A DNA stretch of 64,000 nt from NCBI GenBank assembly GCA_031549605.1, contig JAVBPM010000031.1, positions 28,001 through 92,000 of the forward strand, in the 5' to 3' direction. A program made the position numbers and the translations under genes. This stretch comes from Oscillospiraceae bacterium (GTDB lineage Bacteria > Bacillota > Clostridia > Oscillospirales > UBA929). The notes under the pieces are model-generated. The model searched no databases, was not told the origin of the DNA, and saw only the letters and a program-made list of their open reading frames with translations. Positions 37,397 through 46,766 of this stretch are shown here, one piece after another (positions within the stretch are counted from its first letter, which is position 1; every line of letters begins with the position of its first letter).

Positions 37397-37416
37397 CGAT
37401 ACCGCCCCTTTCGTGC

Positions 37417-37614
37417 TTACTTGCCGGTTTTGCCGGCAGCTTTCTTGGCCGCTTCGGCAGCGGCAGCCTCCTCGGCAGCTTTCTTGGCCGCTTCGGCCTC
37501 ATCGTCGACGACGGCAAAGCGGTCGGGATTAGCCTCCCACGCGCCGGTGACAATGGCGTTGTCGCTCTCCAGCGTGCAGCCGGTCATGTTGTCCTTCACC
37601 TTCATGTCCGCCAC
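37417..37614 (-). CDS. small capsid-associated protein with A/K/E-rich tail
   Basis: 65 aa directly after the major capsid gene. C-terminus AEAAKKAAEEAAAAEAAKKAAGKTGK. Confidence 0.4.
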   Translation of the reverse strand: MADMKVKDNMTGCTLESDNAIVTGAWEANPDRFAVVDDEAEAAKKAAEEAAAAEAAKKAAGKTGK

Positions 37615-37617
37615 CCC

Positions 37618-38451
37618 TTACGCCGCGACCTTGACGATGAGGTCGGGTGTGACAGCGGCCACGCCGTAGTAGTAGAACAGCGACACGGCATAGGCCTCGG
37701 ACAGCGGAATCTTCTCGGCGGTGTAGGGGCGCGGCAGCACGGGCATGGCCACGGCGCCGTCAATCATGCCGAGGATGCTGACACCGGTCGGCAGATAGAC
37801 CGAGCTGTACACCTTGACGCCGTGGAAGATTTTGAACTCTTCGGCGGCGGTGTCGACGTTGGCTCTGACCGTCTTGTCCAGCGAACTGCGCAACGCGCCG
37901 TAGGTGGCGGTGTCGAGAATGATGTTGATCATGTCGCGGTCGACGCCATCGACGTAGTCGTTCTTGGTCGTCTCAATCTGCTGAATGACCGCCTCGACCT
38001 TGTCGGCAATTTCGGTCGCCGTCGGAGTGGCGGCTGTCGCGGCAGTGGCGGCGCACTGGAAGAATGCGCGTTCCAGCTCACGACCCATGGTCTTCTCGTG
38101 GTTGGCCGAGCGCTTGGTCAACAGGCCGTCGACGCCGTACAGCAGCGTATCCTTCTGCTCGACCTCCTCGACGATCTCGCGGTCAATGTCGATTTTGACG
38201 GTGACGGGCGACGCTTTCAGGTTGGCGCCCTTGCCGCCGCTGCGAGCCGTACCATAGGCGGCCGATTTGGCGTTGGCAAAGCGCTTGGCTTCAACCGAGC
38301 CGCTGGCGGGGTCGCCGGACAGGTCGGTGTTTTTCAACAGCGTCGAAAGCGTGCCTTTCTGCACGTTGTCGATGACCTTACCATACAGCTCGGACAGAAA
38401 GTCCTTGCCGGTGGGGTCGAGCAAAATGCTCAGTGCTTCAATTCTTGACAT
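37618..38451 (-). CDS. major capsid protein
   Basis: 277 aa immediately downstream of the scaffold gene. Composition and length fit an HK97-fold coat protein. Assigned by position. Confidence 0.7.
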   Translation of the reverse strand: MSRIEALSILLDPTGKDFLSELYGKVIDNVQKGTLSTLLKNTDLSGDPASGSVEAKRFANAKSAAYGTARSGGKGANLKASPVTVKIDIDREIVEEVEQKDTLLYGVDGLLTKRSANHEKTMGRELERAFFQCAATAATAATPTATEIADKVEAVIQQIETTKNDYVDGVDRDMINIILDTATYGALRSSLDKTVRANVDTAAEEFKIFHGVKVYSSVYLPTGVSILGMIDGAVAMPVLPRPYTAEKIPLSEAYAVSLFYYYGVAAVTPDLIVKVAA

Positions 38452-38475
38452 AGTGTGTTACTCCTTTTCTTTTTG

Positions 38476-39045
38476 TTAGATTACGGTCGGGTGCGTGGTG
38501 GTTGCCGCCGTGCTCGGCGCGTCGCCTACGGGCGGAATGACGACGGCGGGAGCGCTCTCATCCACGAAGATGCCGGGCATGGGGTCGTCGCCCTCACCCT
38601 TGGTCATGGCGGCAAAGAGCTGCTCGCGGCTCTTACCGGCGTTGCTTGGGTCTTCCAGCGCCGCGTTGATTTCCCGCTCGAAGTGCGCCGCCGTCATGGC
38701 GTTGACGAACTTGTGGCCGCCGAGGAACTCACGCGTGTCGGCGTGCAGCTTGACCTTGGTCAGCTCCTTGTCGTTGTCAGCCTTGAGCTGCTCCATGTCC
38801 TTGAGCAGCTGGGCGTTGGCCACTCGCAGCGCGTCAAAGTCCTTGCCCTCAAAACTCTTGAGCTTCGTCTCAACCTCTGCCAACTGGCCCTGCGCGGTGT
38901 CGCGCTCGGCGGTGATGGTGGCCAGTGCGTCCTCGGCCTGCTTGACTTTCGTCTGCTCGGCTGCGACGTCCCTGCCGTATTCGGCCATCACAAAGGCGAT
39001 TTGCGCCTCGGTCAAGCCCTGATCTTGCAGTTTCTTGGTATCCAT
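38476..39045 (-). CDS. capsid scaffolding protein
   Basis: 189 aa, highly helical and charged (QAEDALATITAERDTAQGQLAEVETKLKSFEGKD), upstream of the capsid gene. Confidence 0.7.
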   Translation of the reverse strand: MDTKKLQDQGLTEAQIAFVMAEYGRDVAAEQTKVKQAEDALATITAERDTAQGQLAEVETKLKSFEGKDFDALRVANAQLLKDMEQLKADNDKELTKVKLHADTREFLGGHKFVNAMTAAHFEREINAALEDPSNAGKSREQLFAAMTKGEGDDPMPGIFVDESAPAVVIPPVGDAPSTAATTTHPTVI

Positions 39046-39140
39046 GTGTCTACTCCTTTCGTATTAGGTTGTTTTAGGTGTGTAACCAGCCACCACGAAT
39101 CGACTGTTTTAGGTCTAATCTACTGACCGATTTTGGGTAT

Positions 39141-39170
39141 AACAAAAGCGCCCTGTCACAGGCGCTTTGC
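39141..39170 (-). terminator. hairpin terminator inside structural gene array
   Basis: AGCGCC(C)TG-tca-CAGGCGCT stem. On the minus strand it is followed by TTTTGTTA. Lies about 20 nt after the stop at 39188. Confidence 0.45.
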
Positions 39171-39187
39171 TATTGAGTTTTAGGCGG

Positions 39188-39655
39188 TCATCCGACCGCG
39201 AGGCAGATATCTTTCAGCCGATCGCTCCGCTCGGAAAGTTGACGCTTCATGCTGTCGACCTTGGCATATTCGCGCTTTACGGTGCTGAATTTGCTACTGG
39301 CTTCATCGCCAAGCCCATTTACCACCGAGAGCATGGCGTCAGATAATTCACCACCCAGCAGTGTGAGGATGTTCTTGTCGCCATGCGGCGCCTCTCTATA
39401 GCGCGGGTCGGCAGCAAGCACCTTCTCAAGCTGGAAGATGTGCTCTGACAGCGGCTGAGCCGCCTCATGGACTCGCTTCTGCAAGTTTCGCGCCTTCAGG
39501 TCGAGAAAGATAACGGGATAATCATAGCCACAGTGCGGACACGCGAAATAGGTCTCCTGCACCACAATCGTTCGCCCGTCAACCGTCTTCGTGTGACTGC
39601 GCTTTTTCAGCTTGGTAAGCTCAAATGTCTCGCCACATTTGGCGTCACATTGCAT
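39188..39655 (-). CDS. zinc-ribbon protein, unknown function (moron-like)
   Basis: CDAKCGETF...CPHCGYDY Cys pairs. Lower GC than its neighbours. The ORF track starts at TTG 39709, but ATG 39655 is more plausible. Confidence 0.5.
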   Translation of the reverse strand: MQCDAKCGETFELTKLKKRSHTKTVDGRTIVVQETYFACPHCGYDYPVIFLDLKARNLQKRVHEAAQPLSEHIFQLEKVLAADPRYREAPHGDKNILTLLGGELSDAMLSVVNGLGDEASSKFSTVKREYAKVDSMKRQLSERSDRLKDICLAVG

Positions 39656-39745
39656 CTGCAAAATAGCATTCTCCTCTCTCGGACATCCATTCAAACCACA
39701 GACCCGCAAAACCGATAGTGTTTAACGGGATCGAAATCGATCTGT

Positions 39746-39991
39746 TTAAACATTGTCTACGACGCGTATATCTTCGACTTCAGAAACATAGATAACCGTC
39801 CACGGTTCATGGTCGCTTGCGCTAATCTCTATGCTCTCCTCTTCGTGCTCGCCACTTTCATAATCGTGGTATTCCTCATCGTGCCCTCTATACAGGCCCT
39901 CCATCGGAGGTGCGTCATCAAGAAATGTTATCAGTAGCGTTGTTTCGCCTTCGATAGCATTTAGCGCTTTGATGCGCTCTAACAATGTCAT
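39746..39991 (-). CDS. small acidic protein, candidate immunity partner of the MuF C-terminal domain
   Basis: 81 aa, very acidic (HDEEYHDYESGEHEEESIEISASDHE). The start overlaps the stop of the MuF gene by 4 nt. Confidence 0.5.
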   Translation of the reverse strand: MTLLERIKALNAIEGETTLLITFLDDAPPMEGLYRGHDEEYHDYESGEHEEESIEISASDHEPWTVIYVSEVEDIRVVDNV

Positions 39992-41562
39992 GGCTCTGTC
40001 TCCTTCCTTGGCACAATATGCGTCCCTGTTTTTCTGTAGTGAATTTTGAAGCTGTTAGTTTGGTATTCAGCACCGCCACTAACGGCAATTCCAATCGGCT
40101 TGTCTGCGCGGACAACCTCACGTTTTGTGAATGCACCCGCTCTTGTCTTCGCAAAGGTGCCAGTACCGGCGTATCTATCCACAAGCCGCTGTGCATCATC
40201 AAGGCCACCAAATATATAGCTCTTGCCTTCAATGTACTTGTCACCCTTTATATGCTCAAGCTGTTTGCTCTTAATTATGTTTAATTTCTGCGATCCGTCC
40301 TTTATCTGACTACGGATGTAGTCTACCGCTTTATTATACTCCAGTTCGCTTTGCGCTGCAAGCTTTTTGACCCCTGCGCCCCGCGTGTACCTCGCCACCG
40401 CCGCTCGTTCCGGCTGCGTCGGCAAGCCCATCTGCTTGCTGAACGCCACATACTGCTGGTTGATGGTCGTAACCCGCGCTTTTTCCAGCAGGGCCGCCTC
40501 GTGGTCGCCTGCCTTTTCAAACGCCACGGCGCGGTCTTTGTGCTTGCGCAGCTCACTTTCAAAGCGGCGCTGGCGCTGCGTGGCCTCGTAGGTGGTGTAG
40601 CTGCCGTTGCCATAGTCGTGCTTGACCATTTCCTCGGCGTTCATGCGGTCGAGCTGCTCGGGCGTGTAGTTAGCCACCGAAACGTCCATCATAATGGGCA
40701 TGGAGTAGTGGCGGCAGCCATAGTCGTACAAATGGTGCTCAACGCTGCGATGAAACTCTTGGTTGGAGAACTGCCGACCCTGAAACCACATGTGCTCCGG
40801 ACGCGACCCGCTGTGCCAGTCTATCTCGACGCCGTCCGAGCCGAACTCGGCACCCTCACGCGCTGACTGCTCCTGCACCAGCCGCGACAACGCATCGTTG
40901 ACCGCCTGCCGGACGCTGCTGTCCAGCCGTCGCGTGGTGCCGCTCGGATACTTGACCTTGGTGATGCCGTTGTCGTCAAAGGCGTCAGACAGGCCACCGT
41001 CGGCCAGCCGCTGCACTGTCTTGTGCATGACGCTGTTGAAGTCGTCTGCGCCCAGCATCACTTGCGAGGCGGCGTAGTCGATATGCGACTGATAGGCCGC
41101 GCTCCACGGGCGCCACACCGGCGTGTCGTCCAGCCGCAGCTTTACCGAACGCGGGCTGTAAAAGCCTCGGTTGGCCGTTAGCTGTGTCACCCGCTCGGCT
41201 GTCTCGCGGCTTGCCTTGCGCACAATAGCCTTGAGCGGTTCATGCTCGGCATACGGCACAAAGATGCGTCCGGCAGCTTCGTAGGCCGGTTGCGTGGCGT
41301 TGTGGCGCGTCGCCGACATCAGCGCAAGCAGTGCGGCAATCCCCACAGCAGCGCTGGCGTCGGTGCGCTCCATAGCCGCCTCAAGCGCCGCCAGTTCCTC
41401 GCTGGCATCAGTCAGAAGCTTCAACGCCGCCAAGTCGTGCTTGCCAACCTCGCCGATGCGCTTGATTCGCTCGCACAGCGACACAACCATGTCGCGCTCG
41501 GCCTGACGGTACTGCGCGGCAATGCTGTCGACCAGTGCGTCAAGCTGCTCCTTGGTCAGCAT
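39988..41562 (-). CDS. MuF/SPP1-gp7-like minor head protein with extra C-terminal domain
   Basis: MuF core motif VEIDWHSGSRPEHMWFQGRQF and a position after the portal gene. The last ~125 aa are an AT-richer appended domain ending ...FKIHYRKTGTHIVPRKETEP. Confidence 0.8.
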   Translation of the reverse strand: MLTKEQLDALVDSIAAQYRQAERDMVVSLCERIKRIGEVGKHDLAALKLLTDASEELAALEAAMERTDASAAVGIAALLALMSATRHNATQPAYEAAGRIFVPYAEHEPLKAIVRKASRETAERVTQLTANRGFYSPRSVKLRLDDTPVWRPWSAAYQSHIDYAASQVMLGADDFNSVMHKTVQRLADGGLSDAFDDNGITKVKYPSGTTRRLDSSVRQAVNDALSRLVQEQSAREGAEFGSDGVEIDWHSGSRPEHMWFQGRQFSNQEFHRSVEHHLYDYGCRHYSMPIMMDVSVANYTPEQLDRMNAEEMVKHDYGNGSYTTYEATQRQRRFESELRKHKDRAVAFEKAGDHEAALLEKARVTTINQQYVAFSKQMGLPTQPERAAVARYTRGAGVKKLAAQSELEYNKAVDYIRSQIKDGSQKLNIIKSKQLEHIKGDKYIEGKSYIFGGLDDAQRLVDRYAGTGTFAKTRAGAFTKREVVRADKPIGIAVSGGAEYQTNSFKIHYRKTGTHIVPRKETEP

Positions 41563-41565
41563 GGC

Positions 41566-42870
41566 CTACTCCGCCACCGCAATCGGCAAATTCTCGGCCG
41601 CCGTCTCGACATCCTCGCCGGTGATGTAGGCGCGTACCTCCTCGGGTCGGATGACGCCCATCGCCGCGCCCTGCCTTAACTGCTCGAAGCTCTCGGCGCT
41701 GTCCTCAATGAGCGCATAGCTCCAGTCGTAGTTGAGCTCGTACTTGCCGGACGGTGCCAACCGGTTGACCGTGGCCAGCACGTCGCAGGCATAAGCGTAC
41801 CCGTCAAGCGTCGCCTCAATGTTCTTGCGCAGCGCGTCGACCAGGGCAAAGGTGTCGAAGGTAGAGCGCTTGATGGCCGTCGCCGTGCCGTCTGTGTTGT
41901 CGAGGTCAGTCAGCACGCCCTTGTTGACGCCGATGGCCTTTTCCAGCAGTGACAGCCGGAAGTTGACCATGTCAACCATCTGCTGCGTGCGAATGTCGGG
42001 TGAAAAGACCTCGAAGAAAGGCTTGTCGTCGACGCCAACGGTGGCATCAAGCTTTTTGAAGATGTTGGCGCCGGGCAGAATGCGCTCCTTGCCGTCAGGC
42101 CCCTTGGAGAACAGACGCACGTCGGCGCCAATAAAGGCCTCCTTGTTGGCCATCTCGCGTTGCATGATGGCCAGCGCCTCGACAATCTCATCCATCAGCG
42201 TCTCACAGCCAAAGGTGACCGGCACGCCCTTGAACGCCGTCTCAGCCTTACGGTTGGCAGTCGGGCAGCGTAAATACGCCCACAGCGGCTGCTTGACGTT
42301 GGTGATCGTCTGCTCGGGCGGCAGACCAGCCCACGACGGCACTTTGTCCAGCGGCACCTCGTGACCGTTGCACTCAGCCTTCTGTTGGATGGTGTAGACA
42401 CCGTTGGCGGCCAGCGTGTGCACCTCCAGCCGCTCGTAAGTCCTGCCGTCCACCTGCTCAACCGCCGCGAGAAACGCCGCCTTGGCGACCGTCTCGCCGC
42501 GCCGCTCCAGCACGATCAACCTTGTCTGGTCGAGTACGTCAAGATAGAGCTTGCCATCCATCACCCACGGCTTGAGCACCACACCGCCTACGCCAAGCGC
42601 CCGTGCCGCGATAGGCCGCAAGCCGTCGACGCAGCGCTGCACAGCGTCACCAATCAGCACAGCCCGCGCGTTGACGCCCCCCACCTCAATGGTGGCGTCG
42701 GCCACCGCCACAGTCGCCACCTTGTTGGCCACGACGGCGGTCAGGTTGAACTTGGAGATGTCGGCGTACCGCTCGGCAAAAGCGACATCGTCGACCTCCT
42801 CGGCCACCTTGGGCTTGACGCCGAGCCACCGCAACAGCCACCGCAGCGCCTCTTGAATTTTCAATCGCAT
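41566..42870 (-). CDS. portal protein
   Basis: 434 aa between the large terminase and MuF genes. Confidence 0.8.
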   Translation of the reverse strand: MRLKIQEALRWLLRWLGVKPKVAEEVDDVAFAERYADISKFNLTAVVANKVATVAVADATIEVGGVNARAVLIGDAVQRCVDGLRPIAARALGVGGVVLKPWVMDGKLYLDVLDQTRLIVLERRGETVAKAAFLAAVEQVDGRTYERLEVHTLAANGVYTIQQKAECNGHEVPLDKVPSWAGLPPEQTITNVKQPLWAYLRCPTANRKAETAFKGVPVTFGCETLMDEIVEALAIMQREMANKEAFIGADVRLFSKGPDGKERILPGANIFKKLDATVGVDDKPFFEVFSPDIRTQQMVDMVNFRLSLLEKAIGVNKGVLTDLDNTDGTATAIKRSTFDTFALVDALRKNIEATLDGYAYACDVLATVNRLAPSGKYELNYDWSYALIEDSAESFEQLRQGAAMGVIRPEEVRAYITGEDVETAAENLPIAVAE

Positions 42871-42882
42871 TGTACACCGCCT

Positions 42883-44130
42883 CTATTCTCCGGCCTCTCG
42901 CCAAATCATGTTTGTCGCATAACGCACCGCGTCAATGCAATGGTCGTTGCCGTCTTGGAACTGGTCTATCAGACTGCCGTCGGGCGCCTTGGCATAGGAA
43001 AAGTCGGAAAACTCACGCGCCGCAGTGGGGCAGCGCCGCTCGTCAATGACGATTTCGCTCAATCCCTGTAGCCACTTCATCGAGTAGTTGCGGCTGCCCG
43101 GCTTCTTGCTGGCCGCCAGCGCTCTATCCAGCCCGTAAGCGCGCAGGTCGGCAATCGAACGCTTGTCGCTGTTGTCGCAAATCAGCGTGTCATCGGGCTG
43201 CACGCCCTCGGCCACCAACCGCTCGTAGACGTCGTGACTGCTGGCGCGGTACAGTATGGCCTCGCCGTATATGTACAGCTTGCGTAGCCCATGCTCGTAG
43301 TGGCATCGCACATAAGCGGTCGGGTCGGGGTAATAGCCCCAGTCCAGCCCGTGACAGGCGCGTTCAAAGCCTTTGATGTCCTCATCAGAGATGGCGGCCA
43401 GCGTGACGTTTTCAAAGGCCAGCCCCTCGACAACGCCCCAGTCGCCGAGACCGGCCACACGGTAGCGTGTCGGGTCGCGCAGCTTCATGCTTCCAAACAT
43501 TAGCCGGTCGGCCTCGTCCAAAAACTCGTTGCAGGTATAGTTGGTCGTCTTGGCCAGTACATCGGGTGACGGTCGACAGTCAAAGAACCGCGCCTTGAGC
43601 CAGTGCCGTCCGCTCCACGGGTTGAATGTTAGCGTCACTTGCTTAAACAGCGGCGGCTCGACATGACCGCGAATGGATTCGTCCAGCATATTGAAGTCGG
43701 CCTCGCTGCCCACCTCGTAGGCTTCCTCGATCCACATCCAGCACAGCGAGCCCCGCTCGACCGTGATGGAGGTAATCTTCATGGGGTCGTCAAGGCCGCG
43801 AAAGAGTATCTTCTGCCCCGTCGGGCGGTAGGTCATTTCGAGCGGCGACTCCTTGCAGTCCCACCACATCTCAACACCCAGCCGCCGCATCGCCCACTTG
43901 AGGTCGGTGTAGCAGCTGTCCTTGAGTGTGCGGAACACCTTGCGCACCACCAGCAGGTTGGCGTCGGGGTACTGCATCAGCCGCACAATAAAGTTGAGCG
44001 CCGTCGTCTTGGATTTCTTGCTGGCGCGGCTACCCTTGCAGACGCGATAACGGCCTCTAAACGCCCAAAAGTCGCCGTAGCCGCCGCCAACTATGTCGGG
44101 GATGGATGTCGTCTTACGGGGCAACGTCAT
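42883..44130 (-). CDS. terL: terminase large subunit
   Basis: Walker A-like KGSRASKKSKT, a C-terminal nuclease region, and ATG 44130 (MTLPRKTT...). The ORF track extends to 44334. Confidence 0.85.
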   Translation of the reverse strand: MTLPRKTTSIPDIVGGGYGDFWAFRGRYRVCKGSRASKKSKTTALNFIVRLMQYPDANLLVVRKVFRTLKDSCYTDLKWAMRRLGVEMWWDCKESPLEMTYRPTGQKILFRGLDDPMKITSITVERGSLCWMWIEEAYEVGSEADFNMLDESIRGHVEPPLFKQVTLTFNPWSGRHWLKARFFDCRPSPDVLAKTTNYTCNEFLDEADRLMFGSMKLRDPTRYRVAGLGDWGVVEGLAFENVTLAAISDEDIKGFERACHGLDWGYYPDPTAYVRCHYEHGLRKLYIYGEAILYRASSHDVYERLVAEGVQPDDTLICDNSDKRSIADLRAYGLDRALAASKKPGSRNYSMKWLQGLSEIVIDERRCPTAAREFSDFSYAKAPDGSLIDQFQDGNDHCIDAVRYATNMIWREAGE

Positions 44131-44590
44131 CAGCCCCTGACAGCACCACCGGCACGGCGTCAAGCTGCACCTTGTCGGTAAAGAGCGCGTACCGCTTGCC
44201 CAGTAGCTCGGCGGCTTTGTTGACGTCAGACAGCCGCGGCCTGATGGGTACGACAACAGGCTCCTCTCGCTCCCTGGTGGTCCTCTTGCCGTTCTTGTCG
44301 TAGCCGCTGGTGCGGCTCTTGACAGTGACGACAACGTGCTCGTCCTCTTGGCGGCGCAAAACGCGGGTCAGCGTCTCCATGACCTCAGTAGCGTCGGCGA
44401 TGCGATTTGACTTGATTTCTTCGAGCAATTGGTCGATTCTGTCGCGAATCTTATGTTTTTTCAATAGGGCGCCAGCCATTTGAGCGGCGCTCCGCCCTTC
44501 ATACCCTGCCCGAATGGCCGCCTGCGTCGCGTTACAGTCGACGATATACTCCTGGCAGAACCGCTCCTGCCGGTCATTCAATTCAGCCAT
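44114..44590 (-). CDS. terS: terminase small subunit
   Basis: MAELNDRQERFCQEYIVDCNATQAAIRAGY is the classic small-terminase HTH N-terminus. Confidence 0.75.
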   Translation of the reverse strand: MAELNDRQERFCQEYIVDCNATQAAIRAGYEGRSAAQMAGALLKKHKIRDRIDQLLEEIKSNRIADATEVMETLTRVLRRQEDEHVVVTVKSRTSGYDKNGKRTTREREEPVVVPIRPRLSDVNKAAELLGKRYALFTDKVQLDAVPVVLSGADDVAP

Positions 44591-44789
44591 ATCCATCCCC
44601 TCTGTCGTGACCATTGCGGTGAAGTCACCAACACGGTCAAACGCAAACAACCCTCCGCCTCAGCTTTGGGTTGTTGTCTATGTGGTCGTGCAGGCGACAG
44701 CCGCAGCGTCTCCTCCGCGCCGGGCGCGTTACGTCTGTGGCCACCACTTGCACGGTATTACTTTAGCACATAAAGCGGGGTCAAAACTG

Positions 44790-45245
44790 TCAACTTTCCG
44801 TTTCGTAGACGACCACCAATCCGAGGTGTGTGCCCGTAAGGATATAGCACTTGCGCAGATACCTCGCGATTGTCGACACGCTCATGCCCAAGTGCAGGGC
44901 GGCGCCCTCTACGCTCTCGCCATCCCACTGGGTGGCTTTTAACGCCTTGTAGATGTCCTCCCAGTAGTCAACCGCCCGTATCTGCTGCAGCATATAGTCA
45001 ACGGCGTCGCGCTCGCGTACCAGCGCCTGAATGCGCTTTGACTTGAGAATACCGCAAGCCGCGCCAAAGGTAGGGTCAGGCATACCCGACCGCACCTTGA
45101 CACCGCTGCCCTGTCGGTAGATGATGTTGCGCTCCTCGGCATCAATCATCCCGGCAACATGCGGGTAGTTTTTGATAGCTCTCTTGATGGCCGATTTATC
45201 GATGTACTCATACCGTACCGCCACTTGACACGCCGCTCCCTTCAT
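44790..45245 (-). CDS. late-gene transcriptional regulator (ArpU/RinA/sigma-like HTH)
   Basis: C-terminal HTH ESVEGAALHLGMSVSTIARYLRKC. Sits just upstream of the terminase genes. Confidence 0.5.
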   Translation of the reverse strand: MKGAACQVAVRYEYIDKSAIKRAIKNYPHVAGMIDAEERNIIYRQGSGVKVRSGMPDPTFGAACGILKSKRIQALVRERDAVDYMLQQIRAVDYWEDIYKALKATQWDGESVEGAALHLGMSVSTIARYLRKCYILTGTHLGLVVVYETES

Positions 45246-45296
45246 GTTAACATAACCTTGTTGACGGGTCGTCTTCCGAAAGGGAGGCGGCTTTTT

Positions 45297-45701
45297 CTAT
45301 TGCGCTCCTGCGGTATGCCGTGGGATATATGTGCACGTCTCGTGATATTGCTCTATTTTTCGCATCTTGCCAAGAACTTCACGAAGGTGGTTCAAAACCG
45401 TTTCGATGTCCATCACGCTCATTCGTTTATCGTCGGTCAGTAATCTGTACAGCGGCTCTAACAGCTCAACCACGTCTTTGGCTTTGCGGCGAGCCTTCAA
45501 GTTGTCGCGCTGCGCTTTCGCCACCTGTGCCAGTTGTGCCGTTTTCAGGCAGTCCAGCTCGACCCGGTGCAAATAATCGGTCGTGCACCTGTCGCACTCG
45601 CCCACAATTTCGTAGGCAGTTACGTAGGTGCGCTGTATCTCTGTACATAACCGAAGAAAATCTGCCAGCCGCTCTGTTGCGTTGGCGTCCATCTTCCCCA
45701 T
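45297..45701 (-). CDS. hypothetical phage protein
   Basis: 134-aa helical ORF with RBS AAAAGGGGATGGTGAGG. Confidence 0.5.
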   Translation of the reverse strand: MGKMDANATERLADFLRLCTEIQRTYVTAYEIVGECDRCTTDYLHRVELDCLKTAQLAQVAKAQRDNLKARRKAKDVVELLEPLYRLLTDDKRMSVMDIETVLNHLREVLGKMRKIEQYHETCTYIPRHTAGAQ

Positions 45702-45773
45702 GCCTCACCATCCCCTTTTTGTCATTCGCTCAAGATGCTCATCCAGCCGCTTTTGCGCCGCTGTTGCTCATCT

Positions 45774-45953
45774 TCACCCTCTCCTTTCCGGCCTCGCAGC
45801 CGTCATCTCGATGTCTGCTCGCTCGCCGTCGCGGAAGCGCAGCTGCACGGTGCCATGGAACAGCAGTCGCAGCCTGTCCCAAAAACCGGCGCGCCACTTA
45901 GTGAGCCATGTACCGTCCGTCTGCTGTTGGCGGTATGTTGTCAGCGTTAGCAT
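45774..45953 (-). CDS. small hypothetical phage protein
   Basis: MLTLTTYRQQQTDGTW...; ATG 45953 preceded by GAAGGAGG. Overlaps the upstream stop by 7 nt. Confidence 0.4.
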   Translation of the reverse strand: MLTLTTYRQQQTDGTWLTKWRAGFWDRLRLLFHGTVQLRFRDGERADIEMTAARPERRG

Positions 45954-46189
45954 GAGGTTGCCTCCTTCGGTGTGAATTGGTTCTTCACCCGGTGAACGCA
46001 TTCACTGCACGGATACCTATAAAACTGCCACGCCTCGCTTTGCAATTTATGCCGACACTTGTCACAGCACCCCTTTCGCTCATCGGCGTCCTCATATTCA
46101 GCGAGTCGCTTGTAAATCTGCGAATAGCCTGGTTGCTGTGCCATGTCGGTGTCTGCTGTAATTTCTTTAACGGTCGTCAGTCTTTCCAT
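45947..46189 (-). CDS. small zinc-ribbon phage protein
   Basis: MERLTTVKE...CCDKCRHK...CSECVH; ATG 46189 preceded by AAGAGGAGGA. Confidence 0.5.
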   Translation of the reverse strand: MERLTTVKEITADTDMAQQPGYSQIYKRLAEYEDADERKGCCDKCRHKLQSEAWQFYRYPCSECVHRVKNQFTPKEATSC

Positions 46190-46313
46190 TTTCGTATCCT
46201 CCTCTTTTGTGCAGCAAGGTGGGAACCCCAACACCTCCCACGGCCCCGGAATTACGTTGGTCTTACGGCTACTTTATCGCCCACCACCGACCGGCTGACT
46301 TCAGCCCTGCACG

Positions 46314-46607
46314 TTATTCCAACCCGAACCGTTCAACCACCATTCTGCGAAAGCACAGTTCGCACCAAAAACTTTGCCATTGACCATCGCATACAAAGCC
46401 ATTTCCTATTCGAAACGACTCGCCGCATTCACAGCAGTCAAAAGGGTGCGGTTCGTCGACGATGCCGCCAAGCGCTCCCATCTGGTCATTTAGTGAAGCT
46501 TTCGGAATTGGCAGCTTGTTGCGCTGGTTACATTGCTCTGCCCACACCACTTTTTTCAACCTGTCTGTTTCGCTGCATCGTGGCGGGGCCACGCCTATTG
46601 GTTTCAC
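46314..46607 (-). CDS. small Cys-rich phage protein
   Basis: GTG start with a GGGGGAG RBS. Contains CCECGESF...CELC. Confidence 0.4.
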   Translation of the reverse strand: MKPIGVAPPRCSETDRLKKVVWAEQCNQRNKLPIPKASLNDQMGALGGIVDEPHPFDCCECGESFRIGNGFVCDGQWQSFWCELCFRRMVVERFGLE

Positions 46608-46766
46608 GTCGGTTTCTCCCCCTTCCTTTCGTCACCCACCTGACCGCCAACGGCCTACGTGGCCAGCGCCTTATGCACGGGCAGCGCGACCACGCGCAAA
46701 ACCGGTGGCTGCCCTCACCGTTGAGGTAGACGCACCCGGCGCAGGTGCCGGTGTTGGATGCTAGCG

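Noticed and set aside
35248-38448. Long plus-strand ORFs across the head-tail region (35248-35889, 35874-36683, 36565-37074, 37040-37669, 37291-38448).
   Set aside because: They lie antisense to a tightly packed, RBS-supported minus-strand structural operon. Their translations are R/G/L/V-rich with no motifs, so they are shadow ORFs.
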